Source: Octopus vulgaris (taxonomy: Eukaryota). From it: DNA of 64,000 nucleotides. Every line of letters starts with the position of its first letter. Positions within the stretch are counted from its first letter, which is position 1. The DNA is taken from positions 64,852,001-64,916,000 of the forward strand of contig OX597823.1 in NCBI GenBank assembly GCA_951406725.2. Direction: 5' to 3'. The notes under the pieces were generated by a model. The model did no database searches and was not told the origin of the DNA. It was given only the letters and a program-made list of their open reading frames with translations. This document shows positions 39,020 to 52,033 of the stretch, one piece after another. Position numbers and translations under genes: made by a program.

Positions 39020-39284
39020 ATTTCATATCTAAAAATATCAATTTTTTAAAAAATAAATTTAAAATGGCTAAAACTATAAATAATATAAATTTATCAATGA
39101 AAAAATATAAAAATATATAATCTATATATAATCTATATATAATCAATATATAATCAAGAACTAAAATAACCTCTCTCTATATATATATAATATATATATA
39201 TTTCAGTGTGTGACCTCGTGAAGACCACTTGCAATTTTTTTTTTTCCCTCTGTCCTCTCACCTCGGGATCTTTCTTTCTCCTAT

Positions 39285-39319
39285 GTTTCCAACGAAGAGC
39301 TCCGCTTGAAACGTCATAC
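39285..39319 (+). ncRNA. Degenerate minimal hammerhead-like motif
   Basis: gttt CCAACGA a gagc tcc gctt GAAA cg TC atac. Confidence 0.4.
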
Positions 39320-39411
39320 CCTCCTTCTTCCCTTCTTTCCTGAGCGTCCAATAATACTTTATTTGTTCCACGTCCTCGCGTTGTTGTCTTTTTGTTTTCT
39401 TGTTTGGGTTA

Positions 39412-39461
<50 letters not shown>

Positions 39462-39466
39462 CATAT

Positions 39467-39504
<38 letters not shown>

Positions 39505-40464
39505 GGAGAGAGAGATTGTACAGGATATGCATTTTCTCCTACCAGATGTTTTGCTACTATAGAAAGTAGCAAACTCAAATCTTTACCACTATTTGCTTTT
39601 TGCTGCCTTCATTGGGACTCCTTTTTGTCTCTGGTAGCAGGAGGTCGGATTTGAAATCAGAGCTTGCCCAATTCCAGTACAGATACTGCAATGGTTCCCA
39701 TCCAATGTTCTAACAATTTTGACAATCCACACCTCTGAAAGTTTACTTCATTTATCCAGTCCGAAAGGATAAAAGACAAAGTTGACATCAGTGAAATTTG
39801 AATTCAGAGGGCAGATCCAGAACAGATATTACAAGACATCCTATCCAGTGCTCTAATGACTTGACTTATTTGTTATCTTAAATACTGTAAAGATATTTGT
39901 TTAGCATTCTACCATTCTTCCTCACCTACTCTTCTTTTGCTATAAAATATTATTACATTGTTGTTGTTGTTGCTCTTGTTGTGTAGCCTCAGGTTACACA
40001 GATTCAGACAGTAAATTACTTACTCATATTACTTTAATGAATATAGTTCATCGAAAAACAGATGCTAATTATTGATACTCAGATAATGGATGCACTCTTC
40101 ATTACTTGAACAGTAGCAGGTTAGATTAACCCCATACATACTTCATTGATGGCCCATTCCACCATGACAAATATCTTTTGAGAAGGGAGCAGGGAACTTA
40201 GGGACCATATGGTTCACAACTGTAAACATTATAGTTTATTGGTCCACAGTGTTCAGTGAAATTCTTCAAGTATATTTTTTTCTTTTACTCTCTCTTTATT
40301 TTAGTCATTGGAATGTGGCGGTGCTGGGGCACCACCTTTCAGTAGATTGCATCAATCTGACACTGCACTTACTGTATTTTTTGGCCTACAAGTTGAAATT
40401 TTCAGACCAAAATTTACAGCCAAAAAATAGTAGATTGACTTATACACCAAAATTACTTTGGAGC

Positions 40465-40697
40465 AAGGTGGCAAGCTGGCAGAAACGTTAGCATGCCAGG
40501 CGAAATGCTTAGCAGTTTTTCGTGTCTTTACATTCTGAGTTCAAATTCCGCCGAGGTCGACTTTGCCTTTCATCCTTTCGGAGTTGATAAATTAAGTACC
40601 AGTTACACACTGGGGTCGATATAATCGACTTAATCATTTTGTCCATCCTTGTTTGTCCCCTCTATGTTTAGCCCCTGGTGGGCAATAAAGAAATAAG
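40465..40697 (+). mobile_element. SINE family B
   Basis: ggtggcaagctggcagaaacgttagc...gtcgactttgcctttcatcctttcgg...taaagaaataag. Confidence 0.85.
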
Positions 40698-41619
40698 ATA
40701 ACTTTGGAGGATTAAAAATTCCATGTGAAATGTAGCATATAGTGATGGTGTTTGAATGCTTATCCTACATATTTTCATTATATGTTATGTCAACTTGTAT
40801 GCTGGAAAATATGGTATTTTTAAGTCCCATACTTATTTAAAGATGAAGTTGCATGACCTAGTGGGTAGGGTTTCTTCACACATGATTGTAAGATTGTAGT
40901 TTTGATTCCTGGATTGGATGATGTATTGTGTTCATGACCAAAACACTTCATTTCATGTTGCTCCAGTCCATTTAGCTGGCAAAAAGGAATAAGTCTGTGA
41001 GAGACTAGCATCCCATCCAGGTGGAGAATATATATGCCATAGAACTTTGGAGACCAGCCTATGGCACAGGAACTGTGATCCTTGTATTGGCGTGTTTAAG
41101 AAACCTCTATTTGTGTCACTGCTAAGTGAAATATAGTTATAGACATTCTTTTTTCAAGCAGTGTCATTGCAAAGGCAGGCACCGAGACATGCATATTTGT
41201 TTTTTTTTTCTGCACACAGAAAAAAACCCCAAAAAAACAAGAATCTGTTTTGTGTTCATTGCTTGTCATCCTACTCTAGAAGATACTTTTATTTCTAGTC
41301 TGGTCAAAGCCACATGAAATAGTAACGAATGTTTGCCATATGATAAATCTTAAGAAGGTTGGGAAAAATTAAAAAGATGCAAAGAGTAGCTAGCCTAGCT
41401 ACTATAGTAGGTCACAGTTTGGAAACCTTCCTTCTGCTGTAAACAAATAACAACTGGATAAGAAGGAAAGTAATAAATCAATAGCCATCTCACATTTATG
41501 CATCTGTTTTAAGACAAACTCAACTTTCGAATTAAGCACTGATCTTATTGCCTGGCTTAAATTAATAAATGTGATTTGGTTATTGGTGCTGTAGCAGAAA
41601 GAAGAAGAACATGATGGTA

Positions 41620-41940
41620 ATGATGGTAGTGCTGGTAGGGTGGTGGTGGTGGTGGTGGTGGTGGGATTGTGGTGGTAGTGGTGACGATGATGATGGCAGT
41701 GATAGAGAAGAAGAAAAGATGGAGGTGGAGGAGGAAGAGGAAGAAGAGTAGTAGTTGTAGGAGGAGGAGGAACAAGAAGAAGACGAGAATAGGAGAAGGA
41801 GAAGGAGGAGGAGGAGAAGAAAAAGAAGAGAGTAGTAGTAGGAGTAGGAGGAGGAGGAGGAGAAGGAGGAGGAGGAGAAGAAGGAGGAGGAGGAGAAGAA
41901 GAAGAAGTAGAAGAAGAAGAAGAAGAAGAAGAAGAAATAG
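41620..41940. repeat. (GGT)n/(GGA)n/(GAA)n purine-rich low-complexity tract
   Basis: Directly visible. Confidence 0.9.
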
Positions 41941-42299
41941 GACATAGTGTCAGTAGAAGTGAGAAAGTGCTATTTGCACAAAGAGTGAGGGGAAGGAAGA
42001 GTACATATCTTCAAAAGGCTAGCAAAACTAATTATTAGTTGTTGTAACATTGATTTGATTTAGTTGTGCATTTTTTCTTGTAGCTTTAGACTTTCAATGA
42101 TGTGAGTGTTAATTTTTTGAATAACATTGTAGGATAAGTGTAACAGACTAGACCTGGCCAGTTTGAACAGAAAACATGTAGCATATTTTGGCTAGAAACA
42201 CCCAGTTTAAATGCTAAAGCATCAAACATGGAATTATTACTGTTGGAAGATTTGTTCAGTTGTCGATAATCAGGAATTGGAAAAGATGACAACAATAAC

Positions 42300-42668
42300 A
42301 ACAAGAGCACTCAGAGAGCACAAACCTCCGCCAAGGCAACACCAACGTCCTCTCAACGATTAGCCAGAGATGATTTTCAAAATGAAAATATCTGAAATAA
42401 ACTCAACTGCTCCCACAAATGAGAATACTAAAAATAAACCTTGATTGCTCTCAAAAGTTACGTAAAAAAAAAAAACAAGAAAAATAATCCTGAATCCTTG
42501 TCCGGTACTGGATCGATCCCATAATCTAATCAGTTCAGGCCAGTCACAGGGCCAAACATCCCTGAAAGTTTCATCCGAATTCATCCAGCACTTCTTGAGA
42601 TATTTTGTCTGCAGGCAAACAAATATGATTGAAAACAATATCTCTGCCTTTGCTAAAGTGGAGGCAAT
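42300..42668. mobile_element. HINE/Helentron-like non-autonomous element
   Basis: aacaagagcactcagagagcacaaacctccgccaagg...catccctgaaagtttcatcc...terminal hairpin ctctgcctttgctaaagtggagg. Confidence 0.65.
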
Positions 42669-42934
42669 AGAAAGTTAAATAAAATCAAGAAGACCAATGC
42701 TTTTGAAAAAAAAAATGAATGATGACTATAGCCAGCAAAATAAAACAAAGCTAATTACGTATGTGCTACAATAAAAAAGTTTCTTCTTCAGTTCCACTGC
42801 ATGGCATCATGGACACGTGTCTTCTACTATAGCCTTGGGCCAACCAAAGCCTTGTGAGGGAATTTGGTAAATAGCAACTGTACATAATTACATGTATACA
42901 TATATATATATATGTGCATATGTGGGCATAGGAT

Positions 42935-43370
42935 GTCATGAAACGTATACAACAAAAAGTATGAAGCAAAAGTACATGGAGCATAAACTATTCTTTCAAA
43001 CAACAGAAGACAAAAATGGAAAACAAAACAAACATAAAGAACAACCCTTCATCAGTTATTGATTGTTTTTCTAGTTTCATATTTCAAGCATTTAACAACA
43101 ATATACGCTTTCGATAAAACAGTTGCTCCCACAAAGCAAATTAAATAAAATTTGGGATTTTGCAGCGGGTCAAAATAAGTAACACAAACAGGACATTGAA
43201 AACAAACAGGAGAGGCTGCTAAGCTTAAACAAGGTTGTGGTGGCGAACGCATAAATCAGGCTAGGACAGGAGACAAACAAGAACGTGTCTTCCTTGTTCC
43301 AGCTACAATGAAAAGATAGAAAGAAAGATGGCTGATGGTCACGTAGGAGCTACATGAGCAAGGGAGGAGA
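42935..43370 (-). repeat. Family E repeat, nested in a family A SINE
   Basis: Homologous to 23735-24240; family A pieces lie on both sides (42780-42880 and 43390-43520). Confidence 0.5.
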
Positions 43371-44489
43371 TATATATATATATATATATTTACGTATGTG
43401 TATCTGTGTTTGTCCCTCCACCATTGCTTGATAAACAATGCTGGTGTGTTTATGTCCCTGTTACTTAGCGGTTCGGCAAAAGAGCCCGACAGTATAAGTA
43501 ATAGACTTACAAAGCATGGGTCCTTCATCAGCACAGAAGAGAAATAACCCAGAAACCATTGGTGCATAAATATTGCTTTAGAACTGAGTGGGGACACTAT
43601 TTTCCCTTGTTTAAAAATATAAGGATGTAGATAGTGCATTGAAAGCCAGCTGGAGACGATTTTTCCTGGGGCTAAACAACTGTAACATTTGTCCTAACCA
43701 GGATTGCCACATTATGATGGCAAATAATCATTACTCTGGAATAATGTTACAGAATGTTTCTCATTCAGAGATTTAAAAACAACGTTTTTTTCTATTTATA
43801 ACTATATTGTTTTCTAGAAATTAGTAATTTTCATAAAATTAAAATAAAAATAACTCTAAAATCACTTTCGCCTTGTGGCATTTCTTTCACACGGTGTTCT
43901 TCCTACACTATTTTAGGTCATTAGTCTGTTTCCTTAAATACTACAAAAGTGAAGGTACGTAACCCTAGTTGCTATGCTGTGTGGTTTATGACCATAAGTT
44001 CTTGAGTTCAATTTCTAGACTGGGCTACATGTAATGTCCTTGAACAAAGCAGTTTATTTTATGTAGCTTTAGTGTAATCAGCAGTAAATATATTTCAGCC
44101 AAGTGCTCATGCTGGTCTCTCTTTTTCTCTCTCTCTCTCTCTCTCTCCAGCAGTTACATCATCAATGCTTAGCTGGGTTAAGAGTGGGGTTACTACAGAG
44201 TTACCATGGTGTTGTCTTTGTTTACATTTGACTATACAAGCATCTAAAACATGTAGCAAAAGGGCGGTACATGCTACCAAGTCATATCTGCTATGATTGG
44301 TTGTTTAACAGCTACAAATAATTCAGGGTGGGTATATAGGTAAGCAGCTAAATACATTTTGATAAGTACATCATGGCTGCATGGATGAACAAGTTTCTTT
44401 TGCAATCCTAAGGGACAAATGTCGTTTATCATAGCCTCTGGTTAACCTATGTATTGTGAGTAAAAGTAGGTTCACAAACACATATATCA

Positions 44490-44517
44490 TCATCATCTCC
44501 ATCATCATCGTCATCAC

Positions 44518-44550
<33 letters not shown>

Positions 44551-44960
44551 TTAGCATCCATTTTCCATTCTGGCAAGGGTTAGACAGTTTGATTGGGGCT
44601 GGTAAGCTAGAGAGCTGTATCAGGCTCCAGGTTCATTTGGCTTGGTTTCTCCAACTGGATGCCCTTCCTAACGCCAACCATTCCAAGAGTTTAGTGGGTG
44701 CCTTTCATGTCTCACTGGCATGGGTGCCTTTTACGTGTCACCTATACAGGTGACTTTTACATATCACCAACACTGGCCACAATGATAATTTCACTTTACT
44801 TGACATGCCTTCCCAAGCACAGCAAATCACCAATGGTCTTGATCACCTGTCATCGCCACTGTGAGACCCAACATCCGAAGATCAAGCTTCACCACCTCAT
44901 CCCATGTCTTCCACATGTTCCCTCCCCAGTTAGATATCAGCACTTCTTTATGCATACAAT
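44490..44960 (-). mobile_element. RTE LINE 3' end
   Basis: Reverse-strand translation KTWDEVVKLDLRMLGLTVAMTGD plus (CAT)n tail. Confidence 0.8.
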
Positions 44961-45175
44961 ACAATATAATAGTATATAACATAATATAAATATAAATCTG
45001 GTGCAAAACCTGTGAAAGTGATATTACTGGTACAAAGCCCAGAAAGGCAGAAGGTAACAAAAGAAAGAAGACAAAGTTGTAAGCACATACAATATACATA
45101 CACTCCTCCTTAAACAAATATCTCTCTTTGTATGTATGTATATATCTATCTAACTCTCTCTCTGTCCATCTTTCT

Positions 45176-45590
45176 TATTTCGTTATTGCCCACAAGGGAC
45201 TAATCATAGGGGGGACAAACAAGGACAGACAAAGGGATTAAGTCGATTACATCGACCCCAGTGCATAACTGGTACTTAATTTATCGACCCCAAAAGGATG
45301 AAAGGCAAAGTCGACTTCGGTGGAATTTGAACTCAGAACGTAACGGCAGACGGAATACCTATTTCTTTACTACCCACAAGAGGCTAAACACAGAGAGGAC
45401 AAACAAGGACAGAAAAACGGTTTAAGTCGATTATATCGACCCCGGTGTGTAACTGGTACTTAATTTATCGACCCTGAAAGGATGAACGGCATAGTCGACT
45501 TCAGCAGAATTTGAACTCAGAACGTAACAGCAGACAAAATACCGCTAAGCATTTCGCCTGGCACGCTAACGCTTCTGCCAGCTCACCACC
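45176..45590 (-). mobile_element. SINE family B, 1.8-mer
   Basis: Two tandem bodies joined at gaatacc|tatttctttac. Confidence 0.85.
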
Positions 45591-45744
45591 TTTCTTTCTT
45601 TCTTTTTTCTCTCTTCCTTCCTTTCTTTCTCCCCCCTTCTGTATATGCAAAGCTGATGTACATGAAGTACAATTGTTGCTAGAAATAGTGCTTTATTCTT
45701 ACTGGGTAGTAATATTATTTTAATAATATTTATATTTCTTTAGT

Positions 45745-45897
45745 CTGTTTTTACATTCTGAGTTCAAATTCTGCTGAGGTCAACTTTGCCTTTCATTCTT
45801 TTGGGGTCGATAAAGTACCAGTTGTGTACTAGGGTCAATCTAATCGACTGGCCCCTTCCCACAAAATTTCGGGTCCTGTGCCTTGACTAGAAAAGAA
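45745..45897 (+). mobile_element. SINE family B, 5'-truncated
   Basis: ttacattctgagttcaaattctgctgaggtcaactttgcctttc. Confidence 0.7.
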
Positions 45898-45943
45898 TAT
45901 TTATATTTCTTGTATATGTATATATGTATATCTAAATGTATGT

Positions 45944-46545
45944 AATAATAAATCTCTGAGCAAGGAATAAGCAGTAGCTGCACAACATTGTGAAGTATAT
46001 TTACCACTTAAATGTGGCTAACCCTTAAGGGTTGATGCTACTATAGCTTGTAGCCCCAAGAAGACATCTTCTTCAGCTGGCTATTAACACACTTTCTGTG
46101 CCCTATCAGTATTTGCAAAGAGAAGTCATCCTTCCCATCTCCAACCTGACATGATACACACGACCCAACTATCTGGGTATTGACCTGTCATCAGTGACTG
46201 ACAATCACTGGTTGTCGATATGAAGTGGTTCCCAATGCAAATATATATATCCTTTTTCCAGTGATGAAAAGTCACTGATCTCGAAAAAGTGGAAACAAGC
46301 AATAATAAATCTCTGAGCGGGGTACAAACAGTAGCTGCACAACATTATGAAGTATATTTGCCACTTAAATGTGGCTAATCCTTAAGGGTTGATGCTACTG
46401 TAGCTTGTAGCCCCAGGAAGACAAATTCTGATAGGGAACAGAAAGTGTGTCAATAGCCAGCTAGAAGAGATGTCTTCCTGGGGCTACAAGCTACAGTAAC
46501 ATCAACCCTTAAGGGTTAGCCACATTTAGATGGAAAATATACTTC
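45944..46545. repeat. Diverged relative of the 353-bp hammerhead unit (period 347) with terminal inversion
   Basis: aataataaatctctgag at 45944 and 46291; ggctaacccttaagggttgatgctact..agcccca..cagctggc..tcagtatttgcaaag..agtcatccttccc aligns with the 19.3-20.9 kb unit; about 46430-46545 is inverted. Confidence 0.85.
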
Positions 46546-46548
46546 ATG

Positions 46549-46590
<42 letters not shown>

Positions 46591-46592
<2 letters not shown>

Positions 46593-47468
46593 CATTAGAT
46601 GTGGTGTGCAAGAGAGACAACTGTGCTGGTATGGTCATGTGGTGAGAATGGATGAGGATAGCTGTGTGAAAAAGTGCCACACCCTAGCCGTTGAGGGAAC
46701 CTGTGGAAGAGATAGACCCAGGAAGACCTGGGATGAAGTGGTGAAGCACGACCTTCGAACATTAGGCCTCTCCAAGGAAATGACTAGCGACCAAGACCTT
46801 TGGAAATATGCTGTGCTCGAGAAGACCTGGCAAGCCAGATGAAACCATAACCCGTGGCCTATGCCAGGAACATAACCAGCCCGCTTGTGTGTAGCTTTTC
46901 CTTCTTTGGTCACTAAACTTTGCTTGCAAAGACCTGTTGAGGCAAGTGAAATCAAATCAAGATCAAAATCACTTCGATGACTGGCATCTGTGCTAGCAGG
47001 GTGCAAAGAGCACCATACGAGTGTGATTGTTGACAGAGAGGCTATTCGAGTATGATCGTTACCAGCGTCGCCTTACTGGCACTTATGCCTGTGCTAGTAG
47101 GGTGCCAAGAACACCATCCAAGCATGATTGTTAAGATCGTTGCCAGAGCAGCCAACTGGCTTCCATACTGGTGGCATGTAAAAGGGCACCATTCGAGCGT
47201 GATTGTTACCAACGTCGCTTCACTGGCACGTGTGTCGGTGGTACATGTAAAAAGATTCAAGCGAGGTCATTGCTAGTACTGCCTGACTGGTCCCCGTGCA
47301 GGTAGCACGTAAAAAGCACCCACTACACTCTTGGAGTGGTTGGCGTTAGGAAGGGCATCCAGCTGTAGAAACTCTGGCAGATCAAGACTGGAGCCTGGTG
47401 CAGCCATCTGGTTGCCAGCCCACAGTCAAAACCGTCCAACCCATGCTAGCATGGAAAACAGACGTTAA

Positions 47469-47500
<32 letters not shown>
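46591..47500 (+). mobile_element. RTE-clade LINE 3' end with 3' UTR and (GAT)n tail
   Basis: QERQLCWYGHVVRMDEDSCVKKCHTLAVEGTCGRDRPRKTWDEVVKHDL (compare RLRWFGHV.RM..GRGRPRKTW); 5'-truncated at (TA)n. Confidence 0.9.
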
Positions 47501-47503
<3 letters not shown>

Positions 47504-48135
47504 ATATATATATACATTGATATAGATAGATACATATATACTTATGTATATATTTTTATAGATAGATACATATACTTACATGTCAATAGATATACAATAA
47601 TTTCTAGAATCTAATTAAAATCATTTTCGTTGACTCTTTCAGCCTTTACCAATTATATTTCATATCAAATTTTAATCATTAGAAAATAAGATCCATAAAC
47701 AATTCTCCAAGACTTTCAGGCCAAGCAAAAAATGTGAAATTGAGGTATTTGACTTGCATCACACATTTCGTTTGCTTGTGACTGGAGAGGAAAATGTAGG
47801 TTGAGAGGGAATTTTAAATACCATCTCATACATATATGGTTACAAGAAAGCCTTATTAAGTATTCTTCTGTAACTAATTAATTGAACATCAGTGAAACAA
47901 AATCCTAGTGGGATGTCATCGCACTCATTAATATTTCCTCATTTCGATATCCTATTTCTAGCAGTTTTGGCAATATTGATTGAAATTTAATTTTTTTTTT
48001 AATATTTTGTTATTATTCTTTTATTGTTTACCACTTAGATTGTTTCTATTATTATTATTACTGAGCATTGCAGCCAATGTAATCAACTAACTCCCACCTC
48101 TAAAACTGCTGACCTTCAACCAAAATCTGAAGCCA

Positions 48136-48200
<65 letters not shown>

Positions 48201-48202
<2 letters not shown>

Positions 48203-48729
48203 TGAATGAGAGAGTGGTGCACACCATCAAAGTGACACCGAGGTACAAATATATGAAGCTCATCATACCCATCGTATCTCCTTGTCTGATAAGGGTACAC
48301 TAGGCACGTGTATCACAACCATACGTGTGCACCATGGTGATCTCGTATCAAAAATAAACAGCGTATGACCTTGCAGTTGGGGCCCAGTTAGGATTTTCTT
48401 CAGGCTGAGTAGCCCATTCCACTCAAAAGATCCCTGAATAAGGGTTGTTCAAGGATGCTGAACAAAACAACCAAGCTTCCATAGGTGAATTATTCAAATA
48501 CCAAAGGATTCCTCTCAACACATTGCTATGATTCCTTCACCACTACTCCTGCTCATGATCAGAGATGCACATATCATCAGCCACCAAAGGACATGCTCAG
48601 TTGGTTAAGGTCAAGCAACTGACAAGCAAATCTGTGGTATTGAGCAGAATACTTGCTGTCACCCATCTTTTATACCAAGACAATTTTTACCCTGGTGTCA
48701 CTTTCATGGCAAGCACTGGTCTCTCACAC
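48201..48729 (-). mobile_element. Family D copy with outward-facing 3' ends on both sides
   Basis: 48201-48680 is the reverse complement of family D; 48683-48729 is its terminal ~45 bp in + orientation; (ATT)n on the left, (AAT)n on the right. Confidence 0.75.
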
Positions 48730-48836
<107 letters not shown>

Positions 48837-48877
48837 TAATAATAATGATGATGATAAGAAGAAGGAGAAGAAGAATG

Positions 48878-49260
48878 GTTTCAAATTTTGCCACAAGGGC
48901 AGCCATTATGAGGAAGGGGATAAGTCAATTATTTCACTGTTACTTAATTTATCGACCCCAAGAGGATGAAAGATAAAGTCATCCTCAGTGGAATTTGAAC
49001 TCAGAACAAAGCAACAGGCAAAATACCTATTTCTTTACTACCCACAAGGGGCTAAATACAGAGGGGACAAACAAGGACGACAAATGGATTAAGTCGATTA
49101 CATCGACCCCTGTGCATAACTGGTACTTATCTAATCAACCCTGAAAGGATGAAAAGCAAAGTCGTCCTCGGCAGAATTTGAACTCAGAATGTAGCGACAG
49201 ACGAAATACTGCTAAGCATCTCGCCCTGCATGCTAACGTTTCTGCTAGCTCCCTGCTGTC
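48878..49260 (-). mobile_element. SINE family B, 1.8-mer
   Basis: Same aaatacc|tatttctttac junction. Confidence 0.8.
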
Positions 49261-49323
49261 AACAAGCAAAATACCATTAAGCACTTCACCTAGCAGACTA
49301 ACGATTCTGCCAGCTCACCACTT

Positions 49324-49399
<76 letters not shown>

Positions 49400-49419
49400 A
49401 ATATGACTTGATGCAATAC

Positions 49420-49520
49420 CAGAATGTTGGAGAAATTGGAATTGACATGAGGATAGAAAATGCTCAGAAATTTGCTCTTTTGGTGACAACAAGGATCTTG
49501 AGATTGGTACTTGGGTGTTA
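49420..49520 (+). mobile_element. R4/Dong-like LINE extreme 3' fragment
   Basis: IENAQKFALLVTTRILRLVL (compare QK..LLGTA.ILR.VL); flanked by (AAT)n. Confidence 0.55.
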
Positions 49521-49647
49521 AGTATCTTGAAAAGAGACCCTGTGAGACCTTTGATAATAAATTGCTTCTGATCTTACAAAATTAACAGAGCCAATGAAAT
49601 CAAAAGCTCTGAGAATAATGATGATGATGATGATGATGATAATAATG

Positions 49648-49860
49648 GTTTCATATTTTGGCACAAGGCCAGAAATTTTGGGGTAGAAGATAAGTCAATT
49701 ATATCAACCACAGTGTTTCACTGGTACTTAATTTATTGACCCCGAAAGGATGAAAGGCAAAGTCAGCCTCAGCAGCATTTGAACTCAGAACATAGTGACA
49801 GGCGAAATACTGCTAAGCATTCCGTCCAGCATGCTAACGATTCTGCCAGCTCACTGCCTT
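49648..49860 (-). mobile_element. SINE family B
   Basis: Family B motifs. Confidence 0.75.
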
Positions 49861-49864
49861 AATA

Positions 49865-49895
<31 letters not shown>

Positions 49896-49932
49896 CGATG
49901 ATGATGATGATAATGATGATGATAATAATAAC

Positions 49933-49995
<63 letters not shown>

Positions 49996-51813
49996 AAGAA
50001 GAAGAAGAAGAAGAAAAAGAAGAGGAAGAAGAAGAAGATAAAGAAGAAGACAAGGAATTTCCTTGTAAAGAAAACTCTCAAAATAGAAGAGAAAAAGAAA
50101 AAAATTAGAACAACCTAGAAATATTTTATACTAATAATATTCATTGGTTCCAGCACAAGACCAAGCTGGTTACTAACTAGATTGAATTTGTTCATATTTC
50201 TTACCTAGGGCTAAACACATAGCTACTAACAATAACCATCATGTTAACAACAGTTTGGGCCTTATAGTTGAAATGTTTTTTCTGTAATCACATGGGTGTA
50301 GGTTTGGGCCTAATTCATAGCAGTTCAACAAATGCCTTGCAAGTGAAATGAAGTGAACAGAACTTTGTAGAAGCCTGTCAGATGCGCATGTTGTACATGT
50401 TCTTGGCTTGTATGCATTTAAAGTCATTAACTGGCTCTCGTATACCATTAACGAAGTCTACTGGTCTGCATGCAAGCAGTCTGCAAGCTGAAGATAAGAC
50501 GAAGCTCTGGTTTCTACTTCCTTCTCACCATCACCGCTTTCAATGGTTCGACAAAAAAATGGTTATACTGATTCCCCATCTTTTGCTGATTAAACCACAC
50601 AGAAAAATAAGTATAGAGATAAAAATGGAAATAAAAATAAGAGAACAGCAACAATTATAAAAACATGATTTGTATCTTTCAATAATGGAAGTGTTGAGTG
50701 ATAAAAGAAAGTATTTCCCCTCTGCCAAGCACCATGATGCTAATAAAAGAAACGTTCGTGTAGAAAAGAAATAAAAAGATTAGCTTTTAAGTAAACCAGT
50801 AAAGGTAGAAGAATTCTGAATGCTATCTGTTATGATTAGATAATAAGAAAGAAAGAATGAAAGAAAAGAAAGAAGGATGGGAAGGAAAGAAAGAAAGAAT
50901 GACAGAAGGAAAAGAAAGGATGGTAAGTGATATAAGAATGAAACGCTAAATAGAATATATAGTTATATAAAGTGGATGAAACAGGTTAAGATAATAAATT
51001 GCACGACTTAAGTCATATATTTCATTCGACATGTCGGATAAATACCATTAAAAATATAAACGAAGAGTGAATGGCATGCTTAGCCAAAAAAAAAAAAAAA
51101 AAAAAAGTAAAGAGTAAAAACAAAAAAAACAACCAATATAACTATGAAGCAAACAAAATAAGAAAGATACATGTATAGCATTACCAGAATTAAATGACAT
51201 CCTGATTATATGGAAAACATATGCTTTTTGAATTATTCAGAGAAGAAAAAAAGAAGAAAAAAAAGAAGAAAAAAAAGAAAAAATTACTGAAAATTGTTAG
51301 TGATAAAAATGAGCTTGCAATATCAGGTGATGATGATGGTGGTGGTGGTGGCTAAAAAGAGTTGAACTTTATTCATAGTAAAATAATATATGGCAATTAG
51401 TAATTTTAAGAATATTAGTTGTGGTTGTGGCAGGCTAATCCCAAGATGGCCAACCCTGATCATGCACAACTTTGATCAGATGTATTTAAATTATAATATT
51501 ATTTTCAGAAATAGTATACCATCAGCTACATTAGCCAATGTATCAACTTTCTTTTGAGACAGCCGGGTGTGATACGAAGTAGATTTGGCTGATATTTCTC
51601 ACAGATCAAATTACTATGCTGAGTATAACATATTTATTTGAATATTGATTTATGATATTGGCATTATGTCCAGGAACTTTTCAGCAGAGGTGGGACAATC
51701 AGTTAAACAGACCTTCATCCATTACTGGTTCTTATCTTAACAACTTTGAAGGAATGCAAGGTAAAGCCTGCATTGGTGGAATTTGAACTTAAGATGTAAT
51801 GAGGGATTCTTAA

Positions 51814-52033
51814 CCCGTTAGCATTCAGAGTATTCTGTAAAATGTGATGTTTATTTGATCACATTGCTTTGAATTAACCATGCATTATCTTCTAACTCTA
51901 AGATTGCAATGATGTGAGTGTTTGTTTTTAGACTGACTTTGTAGGGTAGGTGTAAGATGCAAGATCTGGCCATTTTAAACATAAAATTGGTAAAATATCT
52001 GGGCCTGTTATGGCTGCTTTGAATATTAAAGGG
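51814..52033. mobile_element. piggyBac-type MITE
   Basis: TTAA|cccgttagcattca...tgaatattaaaggg|TTAA; related fragment at about 42045-42220. Confidence 0.7.

Noticed and set aside
41557-41947. Arg/Ser/Leu-rich ORFs resembling protamine or SR proteins
   Set aside because: Derived from (GGA)n/(GAA)n simple repeats.
50204-50281. AG...GTAAG bounded segment on the - strand
   Set aside because: Overlaps a decayed SINE-like sequence and encodes no recognisable peptide.
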